DNA of 64,000 bases from Squalus acanthias (taxonomy: Eukaryota): assembly GCA_030390025.1 (NCBI GenBank), contig CM059432.1, forward strand, positions 92,506,001 through 92,570,000, written 5' to 3'. Below the pieces are notes generated by a model. The model was not told the DNA's origin and did no database searches. It was given only the letters and a program-made list of their open reading frames with translations. A program made the position numbers and the translations under genes. This document shows, piece by piece, positions 11,760 to 24,896 of the stretch (its first letter is position 1; each line of letters opens with the position of its first letter).

Positions 11760-12200
11760 ATATCCTCTTCGTAAGGACATCGGTTCAGGTGAAGGCAGAC
11801 CTTTCAGTATAGCATTCCCTTGTTGCAGAAATCACTCCAATATCTCAAGAACGTGAACGCTTCCCTCCTGCACAAGCCTTGCAGCTATGCATTGGCTTTC
11901 CTAACCTTCCTCTTCTTAACCTGTCTATTGACTGGCCCAGGAAGCAATCCAGAGATTACCACCCTTGACGTCTTCTTTTTCAATCTAGTGCCTAATTCCT
12001 TAAACCCCCTCTGCAACACTTCAAATGTACTTCTATCTATGTCATTGTCTATAACATAGACCACAACCTTTGGCTACTCTTCCTCCCTTTCCAGAAATGT
12101 TTCCACATGTTCCATTATGCCCTTCACTCTGGCACCAGGGAGGCAACAGAACATTTGGAACTTTTGGTCATGATTGCAAAAAAGACTATCTATACCCGAC
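11760..12200 (-). mobile_element. CR1 ORF1 SGNH-esterase remnant
   Basis: Translates ...CCLPGARVKGI...VVVYVIDNDI...ELGTRLKKKTSRVVISGLLP..., typical of the CR1 ORF1 esterase. Confidence 0.7.
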
Positions 12201-12281
12201 TTAGGTAGTCCCTAGCTCCACTGTGCTATAATGTTCTTCAGGATCATCTTACTCTGTGTTACTGTTAACCTCATACTTATC

Positions 12282-12728
12282 CAGCTGTGGCTCAGTTGGT
12301 AGCACCCTCCCCTCTGAGTCGAAGGCTGTGGGTTCAAGTTCCACTCCAGAGACTTGAGCACAAAATCTAGGCTGACACTCCAGTGTAGTACTGAGAGAGT
12401 ATTGCACTGTCAGGTTAGACATTAAACCGTGGCCCTGTCGGCTCTCTCAGATGGACGTAAAGATCCTATGGCACTATTTTGAAGAGGAGCAGGGAAGTTA
12501 TCCCCGGTGTCCTGGCCAATATTTATCCCTCAATCAACAGCACTAAAAACAGATTATCTGCTCATTATCACATTGCTGTTTGTGGGAGCTTGCTGTACGC
12601 AAATTGGCTGCTGCGTTTCCTACATTACAACAGTGACTACACTTCAAAAAGTACTTCATTGGCTGTAAACCGCTTTGGGACGTCCGGTGGTCATGAAAGG
12701 TGCTATATAAATGCAAGTCTTTCTTTTT
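12282..12728 (+). mobile_element. SacSINE1-like DeuSINE, full length
   Basis: A-box tggctcagttgg, B-box ggttcaagttcc, central domain, tail gctatataaatgcaagtctttcttt. Confidence 0.85.
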
Positions 12729-13679
12729 GCTTTTTTAACTATCTATCGGACAGTTCCAGTAACTCAGGGGTTCCCTGCACTTGTGAGTCCTGTCTCTCTC
12801 TGCTGCTCCTTCTCTCTTTCAACATTATCCATGTGTAGCACTGCCTCTTAGGTGACCACATTCTTTAGACTATGATCCAGAAACCACTCATCTTCTCTGA
12901 TGCTGCAGGATGTGACCAATTGTTATTCAGGTACAGACATCACCTGCTCCAGAGACTAAATTTTCCAAAACAATGCAAATGTGCTGCCATGGACACACTG
13001 AGGAGCGATGATAGCCCACCTATCACACACACATCACCAGGGTTTCCTCTGTGTATAATATATATATAGGGTTAGTCTGAACTCTCACTAGCACCAAACT
13101 CTCACAAGAATCAAACTCCTCTTACTCACCTCACACAAGTATTAATTTTGGGGGAAAAATCCTGTAAAACTGCACCTCAAGGCTGAACTCCCAGAGGAAA
13201 ATCGCCACACTTTTCTGGTCTCTCACACTGCACTGTCCTCTTGCAGCTTGTGATTGAGGTCTTACTACTCAGCTCTTAATATACCCAAATAGCCCAAATA
13301 CCACAGGAGAAAAACAACCAACCAGAGATCAGATAATTACACCTCTTCCGTAACCTACTAATTACCTACCATCTCACCCAGCTCCTAGCTAAGGCACCAA
13401 ATAGACAACTTTAAATAGTTCCTAGTATTGAACAAATAAAATGAAGTAAATTAAAATCAATTTTACTCAAAATACAGTAAAATACATTAATGAAAATGTC
13501 AACCTTTATATCTCCATCACTCCCACTAAGGATAAACTCCACACTCATCTGACCTTTCACACTTCACTGGCCTCTAGTGCATTTAATGGAAAAAAAAGTC
13601 TCAAGGCTATTTTTGGAGGGAAGGGGATACTAAGCAATGGTGGGAGAGGTGACTAAAAGCTTGGTCAAAAAGATTCTCA

Positions 13680-13910
13680 ACAGATATTGGTCAGGCTCCC
13701 TTTTAAAGATGTTAATTGATAGTGAATCAACTATCTTCTCTGGGATTCTGTTCCACTTATCTACTATCCTGTCGGAAAATAGTTTATTTTCTAATCTCCG
13801 AATATGGTAGAAGCTTGAGAGGTTTGTATTTGTACCCACTAGTGCTATGTCCCAATAGTTTGCTTACTTCAACCTTATCTATATATTTCGTTATTTTAAA
13901 GACCTTTAAA
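13680..13910 (-). mobile_element. Old CR1 3' fragment
   Basis: ORF 13630-13839 FSDRIVDKWNRIPEKIVD...IFKRE. Confidence 0.55.
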
Positions 13911-14009
13911 TAACACATTGTACAGACCCAATGTTTGGGGAGGTTGATGAAAGACAATTATTTGCTCAGATTTTCTTCATGCATTGTGAACAGACCTATA
14001 ATTGATAGT

Positions 14010-14126
14010 GTTTACATTACAACAGTGACTATGCTTCAAAGTACTTTTCATTGCATTGGCTGTAAAGCACTTTGGGACGTCCTGAGGTTGTGAAAGACGC
14101 TATATAAATGCAAGTCTTTCTTCTTT
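14010..14126 (+). mobile_element. SacSINE1-like 3' tail fragment
   Basis: acattacaacagtgact...gacgctatataaatgcaagtcttt. Confidence 0.7.
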
Positions 14127-14710
14127 ATAATGGCAAACAGGCAGGGACACCTACAAGCCAGAACAGGAAAACCTGGCCCAAGATATCCTGGAGCCCTCTT
14201 AGGCTCATCATTTGGTAATGACACTATAATCCCAATAATCAAGCATACAAGCCTCAAATTAGAGCTTCCACTGTTACAATATTTTAAATAATTTTTAGAA
14301 AAGTAATATTGAAGGAATCCTCAAGATGAGTGTTTTGGTTTGGGTTTTCTCCCAATACTTCCATCTTCTGTTTAAATTGTTCGATGCTGACAATTTCCTC
14401 GGACTTCTCCCACTCTGCCGCCATAACTTTTGCATTAGTTCAGTGGAAACCCTGTTTACACATAAACAGAAGTTATGGTGGCAGAGCGGGAGAAACCCAG
14501 AGGAAATTCCTGGCGTGAGTCTCCCATGAACCGAAATCTGTGCTCTTATACATGGCATGAGTGGGGTAACATGCCACTGGATTAACAATTATTCCCTAAT
14601 TATGGGTATCAAGTGGAGATCATGTGGAATGACCACCACACTCTCCTCTCTCCTTGGAAAGGCAGTAAAGTACCATGCTGTCGGACAAATGCATACAGGC
14701 TTAAACTAAT

Positions 14711-15421
14711 GGGCCGGAATTTGCAGTGGGTAATAACGGCAAACTAACAGCGTTCGCCATTATTACCCCTTTGAAACTGACCGCAATTTCAGGATGTAGT
14801 GCATGCGCATCTAAACACGGATATTCTGAAGTTGCGGTCAATCATTCACTGCTCCGACACTGGCTGTGCTGTATCCCCCCCACCCCTCCAAATAGCCGGC
14901 AATCAGTGTAATCAGTGAAATCAGTGAAACTGATGGAAACTTGGACGGTAATATCACTGATAAATACCGTATTAAAAGTTAGGCATTGTTGGATTAGGGG
15001 TTTTAACAGCATATTGACTGCTAAACAAACGTTATGGCCCTGAAAAACTAATTTTGTGGTGTGTCAAATTTCTCCATTATGATAAAAATTACAATTTTTA
15101 AGAAACTCCAAAAAATGTTTATATTTTTTTAAAGTTCGTTCATATTTATTTCAGGTTTACTTTTCCCTATGTGAGAGCCCCAAATTTTGTTTTGCTCTCT
15201 GTAATATTTAAAAAAAGACCGAATAAAAGCAGCTTCTTCACTTCCTAGTTTCCTGTCTATTACAATTCTGCATTGTGATTCGCTGCTTAGACAACTTGTT
15301 GACATCATAGCAGAACACTCTAGGGGATCCCCATTATATTACACTGAAATCACGTAAGCGTAGAAAAACGCAAACTTCTCGCCACAGAGATCACTTCGCC
15401 ACTGACCACAAATGCCGCCCG
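14711..15421. mobile_element. Non-autonomous DNA transposon (MITE), degenerate TIRs
   Basis: Starts gggccggaatttgcag, ends accacaaatgccgccc; same GC-rich ends and AT-rich core as 2203-2946. Confidence 0.55.
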
Positions 15422-17779
15422 CAAATAGATTTATTTGTGGGTAAAAATACACAGATTCAGTGAGACACAGCAAGATAAGAGACTACAGTACTTAGAAAAC
15501 GAAGGCAGAAAGAATGCACAAGGTTAAAATATGCTTTTTAGAATGTACTCACACAGTTTGATAACCAGCAAGACTTGTAGATGAAACAGTCTTTCATATA
15601 ATTTCAAGATTCACTATTGTACATGGGTGATTGACACATGGGACTAGAAATTGGTTTGTGCCGGCCTGCCATCGCAAGCTTAGTGCAGGGAGCAATCTCT
15701 GCATTGGAACAAGTAGGCCCAAGGCCCACCTGATATTGAGTCTTAGGCCTCATTTACATCAGACCAACAAGCTGGGCATCCCCAGGCAGCTCACCGATGA
15801 AGACAATTTGAATTTCGGGCCAATGCGTCGCCGGCAGTGGCCCTCAGGTAGGTCTTGCAAGAGTGGGGTAAGGGATAGAGAGGTTGGGGGGACCGGGAAG
15901 GGGAGGAGCAGGCAGCGACCGAGAGAGACAAAGCAGTAGCCGGCAGCGGCCCGTGGTTTTAATGTGGATCTGAGGGTGGGGGAACACTCCACATTCAGGT
16001 AACCGCTGGTTTGTTCCCTGGCCTGTGTTGAGTTATATGATCTCAGCCAGGCAACGGTGGGGAGAGACTACAACTGGCTTTGATGTCACTGGACTCACCA
16101 GTGCTGCCGTTCTTGATTGCTATCTAATAAATCCTGCTGGAAAGTGGACATGCATGGACACTGGTTGGAATGTGGTTAAGGCCAACTGTAATGCTCCCCA
16201 CAGCCAAATAGCCTGCAAACACACAATTTCCCATTCCACATGAAGAACGGCCAATCTGTCAAGGGCTGCAAGTAGCTGTAGAATCACACCCCGGCATAAG
16301 TCAACTTCAAGGCAGAAAAAGTAAGCGTCAAAAAATTGGGGGGGGGAGGGGGGGAGAGGGGTGGAATTATTATTAGCATTAACACCCCCCAACACACACA
16401 TCCACACCTGAAATATTGCTGGGAGTTGAAGTTGTATTCAGACTTTTAAACTAAATTTTGATTAAACTGTTCACTGCAGCACCTCCAGTAGTTCCAACAG
16501 CTGCAGATTTAATATAAGCATGACCTGTCTTCATCTAACTAGTGTGAATTGCCTGAGCAGCCAAATTCTGAATGCCTTAAGGAGTCCCAGCCGTGAGTTC
16601 AAATTGTTTCATTGCCTGCCAATTTCAACCACAGGGCCACAAACTCTGCACGCCTTAAGCAATGGAGCAATTTTCTGTGGAGTTCACGGTCATATTGAAA
16701 GGCAGGGAAATGTGCTGTGCAATGGAACGGTTCATCATGGGCAGTGTAAATGGTGGCGGCCAAACTACAGATTGCTTCCTGCTGCTCCCAGTGCCCTTCC
16801 TCCCCTCCACCCACCCCCAAGTTAAGGCACCGTGCGGCAGTATAATCTGCATAGCCCCAAGGGTCAAGCCTGCCTGGCAGTGACAGCAGAAGAAACTAAC
16901 CAGACTGGCAAAAAGGAATGTTACACAGACTGTAGGAAAACCATAGCTGGCTTGTGTAGTGTGCTCTGAAAGCTCAGGGGACCTTAGCTTAATAAGTTGC
17001 TCAAGCGATGTTCTTGTGGTTTATAAATTTATCTGAATCTCATGATCAAGCTACAGCCATGTAATACAATAGAAACACAGCTATTATTCTGTAGCTTGTA
17101 TAAACTTAGTATAGCATGATTACACGCTACTATATTTCTGTATCATTTGCGTGAGATGTGCTGCGACTGAAGGATCACAAAGTTGATTATATTTCTTTCT
17201 CCTCCCTCACCTAATGCACAAACTGACACTTTCTTTAAGAATCTAGCATATTGGTCAACAAAACAGATCAAATTGAAAAATGATGAATTCATTTTACAAA
17301 ACAGCAATCAGACTGGGAAGTTGTGGGCTGCAATACACTCTTGGGGTTCTCCCTCCAACTAAACTTGGCCAAGAATAAAGTCAATTCTGACCAGGCACTC
17401 TATACCCTAATCCTTGAATTTTTATACTCTAGATAGTTCCTTCTAAGTAATCTTATAAACATATAATTGAATTACAATGAAATAAAATTTAGTCATAACA
17501 GAATGCATTGTCACTGAGGCTAGGAACAATGCTGTGTGTGTGTGCGTGCACATATCATTCAGGTAGTGGAAAATATAAATTAACAAAAAATACAAGAGGC
17601 CAACATTTAATATGTAGATATTATAAGATCCACCAGATCCAGACCCTAATGGTTATACTTTAGAGTAATTAGTCCTTAAAACTGTTTCATGAATTGAATT
17701 CATGTTCAAAACTCAAGTTGGGAGTTATACAGAGGGGAGGCAGTGTGGAACCTGACAGCACTGTTTACTTAAAGACATA

Positions 17780-18477
17780 AGGCTAGAAATTCAGTGCCTT
17801 AGCGCCTCCTGTTATCGGGGGGTGATAACGGGGTGCTGAGGTCTTACTGCCCGGGCGCGGCGATTTTACCGCCGCCCGTAAAATTCACCTGCCAGTTTGC
17901 GGCGGCGGCGGTAACCCCTGTCGCCACGCCCGCCTGCGGCCAGAGATCGTGACGTCATCCGGCCGCGCATCGCCCCGGTAGCGCCCCGAACCCAAAATTA
18001 ATTTCCGCGCCCTGAAGCATCGCCGGGCGAAAACAACGGCAGCTTCAGGGGACGTGCATCGGGCAACTGGCCGCTTCGGGGGCGATGCTTAAAGGCGAGG
18101 TGGCCGAGGTAAGTAAAAAAAAAACTCACCTTTTTTGATCTGGTTTTTTTCGCGGGTTTCTGCCTGCGATCGATCGGCCCAGCACTCTGAGTGAGTGCCG
18201 TGCTGATCGTGCGGGTTCGCCGTTCCCTTGGTGGTCCAGGTAGGTGCCCTTTCTTTTGCAGAGCCTTTAAGGGAGGGAAGGATTCTTCCAATGCGGCAGC
18301 GCTGCACAGCCCAGTGTGCAGCACTGCAGAGCTCACCGGCCCGCGTACTGCCGATCGCGCTCCAGGAGGGAAGTGGAACGCTTGATTTAGCGCTCCACCT
18401 CCCTCTTGGAGTGAGAAAACCAAATTTTTTAAAAGTTAGAAAAACATAGCGCCTGGCGATACCCAATTTCACCCCCA
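17780..18477. mobile_element. CpG-rich non-autonomous DNA transposon (MITE)
   Basis: Ends aggctagaaattcagtg... and ...acccaatttcacccc; abrupt GC/CpG-rich block in AT-rich flanks. Confidence 0.6.
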
Positions 18478-19061
18478 TAGTCTTTATGAAGAAGTCACTC
18501 ACCACTAAAATAAATTACATTTAAATACTGCTTTTATGAGCATCTTTTATTTTTTTTTATAAACATAGCTTTTTAAAAAAAAATGTATTTACCCTCATTT
18601 TCCTAAAGGCTATTTTAAAAAAGAAAGGTTTTTCAATTATATAATTTAACAAAGGATTAAGTGCTGTTCCCTCAAAATAACATTGGCCCACTTCAGTCTA
18701 TCCTGTCTCAGTATCACCAAAGTAACAGATGTGACAGTGAGTCTGTCCTGTCTGTCCCTGTCCCGTGTGCTGCCTGGGAAACAAGGTCAGACTGCAGGTG
18801 GCTGGGATTGTGCAGCTGTAGTTCCTTCTTAATTCAGTAAATACTCACTTCCTGTCGTGGCTCTGATGCAAGACATGTCCAACAGCACCATAAATTATAT
18901 TAAAGCCTATTTCCTGTCACATGCCAAGAATAAACTCCCATCAGCTTCAAAGATACATTAAAAATGGTGGCCTTGGTGGAAACACTAGTCACTAAATTGA
19001 GAATGTCTCTTTTTCCCAAATCTCTGCCTGCTACCTCCCAGTTTTATATTCATGCACTTCA

Positions 19062-21305
19062 TTTTTTTTTGCTCTTGGGATGTGGCTGACACTGGCAAGG
19101 CAGTAATTGCTGCCTATCCTTGATTGCCCTGAGAGCATTAAGAGTCAACCACTGGAGTCACATGTAGGCCAGATCAGGTCAGAGTGGCAGGTTCCCCTCC
19201 CCGAAGGACACTAGTGAACCAGTTGGGTTTATACAACACCACAACAACTTGTATTTATATAGCGCCTTTAACAAAGTAAAACATCCCAAGGCAAATTTTG
19301 ACACCGAGCCACATAAGGTGATATTAGGGCAGGTGACCAAAAGCTTGGCCAAAGAGGTAGGTTTTAAGGAGTGTCTTATTGGAGGAAAGAGGTAGAGAGG
19401 CGGAGAGGTTTAGGCAGGGAATTCCAGAGCTTAGGGCCTTGGTAGCTGAAGGCACGGACACCAATGGTGAAGCAATTAAAATCGGGGATGCTCAAGAGGC
19501 CAGAAATAGAGGAGCACAGATATCTTGGGGGTTGTGGGGCTGGAGGAGATTACAGAGATAGGGAGGGGGGCGAGGCCATGGGGGGATTTGAAAACAAGGA
19601 TGAAAATTTTAAAATCAAGGCATTGCTTAACCGGGAGTCAATGTAGGTCAGCGAGCACAGGGGTAATGGGTAAATGGGACGGTGCGAGTTAGGATACGGG
19701 AAGTAGAGTTTTGGATGACCTCAAGTTTACGGAGGGTAGAAGGTGGGAGGCCAGCCAGTGGTGCGTTGGAATAGTCAAGTCTAGAGGTAACAAAGGCATG
19801 AATGAGAGTTTCAGCAGCAGATGAGCTGAGGCAAGGCCTGAAACGGGCAATGTTCCAGAGGTGGAAATAGGCGGTCTTAGTGATGGAGCAGATAAGTGAT
19901 CAGAAGCTCATTTCAGGGTCAAATATGACACAAAGGTTGCGAACAGTCTGGTTCAACCTAAGATAGTTGCCAGGGAGAGGGATAGAGTTTGTGGCAGGGA
20001 CCGAAGACAATGGCCTCGGTCTTCCCAATATTTAGTTGGAGGAAATTTCTGCTCATCCAGTACTGGATGTCAGACAAGCAGTCTGACAATTTAGAGACTG
20101 TGGAGGAGTTGAGAGAGGTGGTGGTGAGGTCTAGCTGGGTGTCGTCAGCGTACATGTGGAAACTGACGCTGCGTTTTCAGATGATGTCGCAGAGGGTCAG
20201 CAAGTAGATGAGAAATAGAGGGGGCCAAGGATAAATCCTTGGGGGACACCAGAAGTAACAGTGTGGAAACAGGAAGAGAAGCCGTTGCAGGTGATTCTCT
20301 GGCTACGATTAGATAGATTAAGAATGGAACCAGGCGAGTGCAGTCCCACCCAGCTGGACGACAGTGGAGAGGCGTTGGAGAAGGATGGAGTGGTCAACAG
20401 TGTCAAAGGCTGCAGACAGGTCAAGAAGGACGAGGAGGGATAGTTTACCTTTGTCACAGTCACATAGGATGTCATTTGTGACTTTGATAAGAGCCGTTTT
20501 GGTACTGTGGCAGGGGCGGAAACCTGATTGGAGGGATTCAATCATGGAGTTCCGGGAAAGATGGGCACAGATTTGGGAGGCGACAATACGTTCAAGGACT
20601 TTGGAGAGGAAAGGGAGGTTCGAGATGGGGCGGTAGTTTGCAATGTTCCCATTATTTTTTTTTGAGTGCATTGGCCCTTCAAGGGGCTGTGTGGCCCATT
20701 CAAAATACCGCATATGCATGGTTTTTCCCATTTAAAAGCCAGTGAGCGGGCATGAGGGGAGATTGGAGAGAAACTGGAGAAAGATGCGGGTTCAGGGCAA
20801 GGGCAGGGGGAACCTTAGAGGAAGTTTGGCCTTGGGGAAGGGAGGGAAGTGGCAGAGGCAGCTAATGAGCTTCTCGCACTTCTTGTTGGAGGTGAGGGTG
20901 AAGGAGACAGGGGAGAGGGGTTTAAGAAGACGGTTTGCAGTAGAGAAAAGAAGCAGAGGTTATCTTTGCATTCCAGAATGATCCTGGAATAGTGAACAAT
21001 TTTGGCAGACGACAGCAGGACTCGATCGTGCTTTATGTGGTCCAGCCAGATCTGGCGGTGAATGACTAAACCAGTTGTCTGCCATATCCGTTCAAGTCTG
21101 CATCCTTTGGACTTAAGGGAGCGGAGATGAGGGCCGTACCAGGGATTATACAGCAATCTTTAATGATTATTTTTCTGGTGCTAGCCCACAAATTACCAGA
21201 TTTATTGAATTCAATTTCACAATTGCCATGGTGGGACTTAAAGTAATGGAGGCTTGAGGATTTGAAGTTGCATCCTTTGGGTTGCTAGTCCAGTACCATA
21301 ATCAC
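19062..21305 (-). mobile_element. Short tRNA-headed SINE split by an L2 insertion (parts 19062-19231 and ~21148-21305)
   Basis: Tail-head junction attgccctgagagcattaagagtcaacc at ~19123-19150; the head resumes after the L2. Confidence 0.7.
19232..21147 (-). mobile_element. L2 LINE, 5'-truncated RT region
   Basis: NYRPISNLPFLSKVLER, QSGFR, LLDLSAAFDTVDH, GVPQG, YADDTQL, LQLNIGKTE; tail ggcgctatataaatacaagttgttg. Confidence 0.9.
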
Positions 21306-21307
21306 TA

Positions 21308-21541
21308 GCAGGGAAGTTATCCCCGGTGTCCTGGCCAACATTTATCCCTCAATCAACATAAAAAAAGAGTATCTCGTCATTATCTCATTGCTGTTTGTGG
21401 GAACTTGCTGTGTGCAAATTGGCTGCCGCGTTTCCTACATTACAACAGTAACAACACTTCAAAAGTACTTCATTGGCTGTAAAGCGCTTTGGGACATCCG
21501 GTGGTCATGAAAGGCGCTATATAAATGGAAGTCTTTCTTTC
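21308..21541 (+). mobile_element. SacSINE1-like 3' half
   Basis: Matches 12488-12728. Confidence 0.8.
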
Positions 21542-21794
21542 TAGGCTACAGTACCCAATCAATTTTAGTTAGCAATCTCTTGTGCAGAACTTATCAAATT
21601 TCTTATGAAAATCCACGTATATGACATCCACTGAATCTCTGCCAAAGAACTTTATACGGATTAGTTAGATATGGCCTACCTTTCACAAAAACAACCATTC
21701 ACATATTATAAGTCTCACTGTTTTTGTTGATTAATTGCTAGTTTTGGGCTGTTTCATTGTCACTGAAGATATTCACAATCTCATCAACAATGCC

Positions 21795-22145
21795 ACCCTG
21801 ATGATACAGTGAGTTTATCCAGTGAGTAGCTTAACAAGAAGCTCCCAGTTCGATTGTCGATCTGCGCTGAATTAACTGGTCTTGGCTGGAGGCTGACGGG
21901 GGCACAACTATTGGCCTCAGTGCCCTTGGATTAGGGAATGAAAACCAGGCAGAGACTGCATGGTTAAGGATGCTGGCTGAGAACAGGACTGGCCTACCCT
22001 GCAATGCTGCCTTGCGGTCAAGTAGTTTCGCTGTCAAGACTCACACAAATAATGGCTACTTGGGTTAAGTACCAGAAGCACGAGGCACGTGTGGGAACTG
22101 TCTCTCAGTGAGGAGTCAAAGCCTTCAAGAGGGGGGGGGGGGAAG
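21795..22145 (+). mobile_element. Ancient SINE (MER131-like family)
   Basis: attggcctcagtgcccttggattaggg...aatggctacttgg...gagtcaaagccttca. Confidence 0.55.
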
Positions 22146-22369
22146 GGAATAAAATAGGCAGAGAATTTTTTTCTGTGCAAAATATGTGCATGTGGATAGG
22201 CAGCTTTGACTCTCAACATAACAGTCATTGAACATCAAAAATAGTTTGTTCATGTGACATGCTTTGAAACATTTCTGGGAGAGATAAGGCACTAAATAAA
22301 TGCAAGTGTTTCTTTCTTCCTTTGAGCCGTCTCGTTATACTTTCTATACTAGATACAGAAAGGTAGGAA

Positions 22370-22700
22370 ATTGTTATTTTTCTCTGACTATTTTGTCCAT
22401 ATACCCTCCTTTAATCAAGGCAATGACTCATACTGGGTACGATTAGATGCTGGTGGCTCTCCAGTACCAAGTGGCCATTCTATACAGGCCTCGACGGTGA
22501 ATATCAGCAGGCTGTCAACTGTGGTACTCAACACAACTGAGGCTGATCCTGTCCTCCCTTGATGTCCACACAGGCATTTCCCAACAGGGAGTGACTGGGT
22601 GGTAACCAGGAGTGGGAACTGCGATCGAGTTTTCTTCTTCCAAGCCCAGGTATGTTGAACAATTATAGTACCTGCCCCCCCACCGCCCCGCTGAGATCTG
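22370..22700 (-). mobile_element. Ancient SINE (MER131-like family), opposite orientation
   Basis: Reverse-complement family motifs (ccaagtggccattc, atcctgtcctc). Confidence 0.5.
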
Positions 22701-23924
22701 CTAAAGCCACTTTTAAATTGATGTTCTTGTAAGTCAGATTCTGAGCACCCGGCATCTGGCAGCTAGTTTCCAGCTTTTAGCTATTAAATCGGGTTTCCGT
22801 AGACTGGTAGCAGACTTGTAGACCCAGTCTGCTAGCCTACAGAAACCAGATTTGGAAACAAATGCTAGAAGCAATCATGGATGCTGGGCTCTCAGAATCT
22901 ACCTTAAAATCTCTTAATTGACCACAAACAGGGATCACGGGATCTCCCTGGCATCTGTGGCACAGTAAGTCTAACACACATTTACCCAATCAGCCATTGC
23001 AGGAGCTTGAACATTTGCAATTCCATTGATGCTATCACTCACAAACCTCATGAGCACAGAATTGTGAAGTGAAGATCAGGGTTTGTCCACTTTTCCTATC
23101 AAAACAAACTCATTTTTGAAATTTAGGAAGGTGCTGGTTAAAAGAGCTCTATTCTGACCCAGTGATTTAAAAGACTCTGTCCTTCCCTGCCTCAGTGCCA
23201 CTCTTACACCAATGCCTGACTCCAGTGTAATTCGATCCCTGTATGAAGGCCGCTACTCACCAGTCCAGGCTTCCAATTATCATGTGAATACTCCAGAGTC
23301 TGTGTGCTTCTAGTGCTACGTCGCCGTGTGTCAGAGCCAAGCTGATGACCTATGTTTCTGTGTTTTGCCTCTGCCTTGCCCACAGGAGCTGGCTGGCACC
23401 TCATGTTCCAAGGTGTCAAACACTTTGCCACCCGGAAAGTCTAGCACCCAGCCTGGGAATGAGGAGAAGGAGGGGGAGGGGTAGGAAGGATGAAAGGGGA
23501 GCAATTACTCTTGTCTCTGCATGGTTAAGCAGTTTCGCAGCACTTTAAAAGTCATCTGCAGGCATTTTGCCCTGTGTCTATACAAACTGATGAATTATCA
23601 AAGAACGGAGGCATAGAGAAACTTGTGGCTTAAATTAAAATAGCTCAAAGGCTATTTGAGTTAGCACAACCTAGTTAATATATTTAAATATAATCAGGCA
23701 CGAAGACTTTTCATAATGATGGCATCTTAGAACATTTTTCAAATATATACTGTAAATCAGATAGTTTTAAAATGTGTTTACACTGCCAGTAAGTTATGTG
23801 TGTACACTTCCATCTTATATAAATAAAATGGAAAATCAAATTAAACATAAAAGAACCTAAATTAATCACTACCTTACCTAAAGTAAGCTGTTTATGCATT
23901 TTACTGATGAGTATGTTACTAATT

Positions 23925-24570
23925 ACAACATCTTGCATTTATATGCCTTTAACATAGAGAAATGTCCCAAGGCGCTTCACAGAGGCATAATCAGACAAAA
24001 ATGGGATGCTGAGCCAAAGGAGGAGGGATAAGCAGAGGGTTTTAAGGAGGGTATTAAGGAAGAAGAGGGTCGTAGAGAGTAAGAGGGCTTTAGGGAGGGA
24101 CTAGATGGCTGAAGATCCAGCTGTGTGGTAGGCCTAAAGGAGGGGGGTGGCTGCTGGAGTCAGAGGAACAGGGAGATTAGGGGATAGCAAAATACTGCAG
24201 ATGCTGGAAAACTGAAATAACAACAGAAAGCGCTGGAAAAACTCAGCAGGCCAGGCAACATCCGTGGAGAGAGAAACAGAGTTAACGTTTCAGAAGGGTC
24301 TCCGACCTGAAACGTTAACTCTGTTTCTCTCTCCACGGATGTTGCCTGGCCTGCTGAGTTTTTCCAACGTTTTCTGTTGTTATTATAGAGATTAGGGGGT
24401 TGTTGGGCTGAAGGAGATTACAGATAGGTAGGGGAAAGGCCATGAAGGAATTTAATAATGAGGATGAGAATTTTAAATTGGAGGCGTTGGGGATCAGGAG
24501 TCAATGTAATTCAGCAAGGATCACAAGGTCAGCAAGTGATGGGTGAGCAGGACGTGGTATGGGATAAATT
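23925..24570 (-). mobile_element. Old L2 3' fragment containing a Penelope insertion
   Basis: Similar to 19240-19700. Confidence 0.7.
24184..24387. mobile_element. Penelope-like fold-back remnant
   Basis: 78-bp inverted arms 24216-24293 / 24307-24384 (2 mismatches); flanking direct repeat gagattagggg at 24173-24183 and 24388-24398. Confidence 0.75.
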
Positions 24571-24634
24571 CTACACATTTGCTCCCATTCCAAGAAAAAA
24601 ATGAAGTCACAATTTGCAAATGTATACAGTTTAC

Positions 24635-24856
24635 TGTGGCGGATCGCCACCTAAACGGGCATTATCCACTCTTCCGTCCGTGGACAAATATCCAGCACCT
24701 TCCCTTTAAGGCAGGAGTGGGCGGGGCCTCAGGGTTTGCCCAGAGAATTCTGGGAGCTTTTCTGTTCAGCCATTTTGTGCCATGCAGTGATTAAAAAGTC
24801 TCTTGTTTAACACACATGGATTCAGCCTTAATTCGTGTTTCGCGGCAGCCTCAACA
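24635..24856 (+). repeat. 5' LTR
   Basis: Direct repeat of 28709-28930 with 2 differences. Confidence 0.95.
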
Positions 24857-24857
24857 T

Positions 24858-24871
24858 TGGTGACCCCGACG
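24858..24871 (+). other. Primer-binding site complementary to tRNA-Trp
   Basis: TGGTGACCCCGACG is the complement of the tRNA-Trp 3' end (CGUCGGGGUCACCA), as in avian sarcoma-leukosis viruses. Confidence 0.9.
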
Positions 24872-24896
24872 CTCAGAACGTATTCCGAGCACTGCA

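Noticed and set aside
12282..12360. tRNA genes at A/B-box-containing sites (also 39690-39759, 54750-54830, 62836-62910)
   Set aside because: All continue into SINE or LINE bodies and lack a complete cloverleaf.
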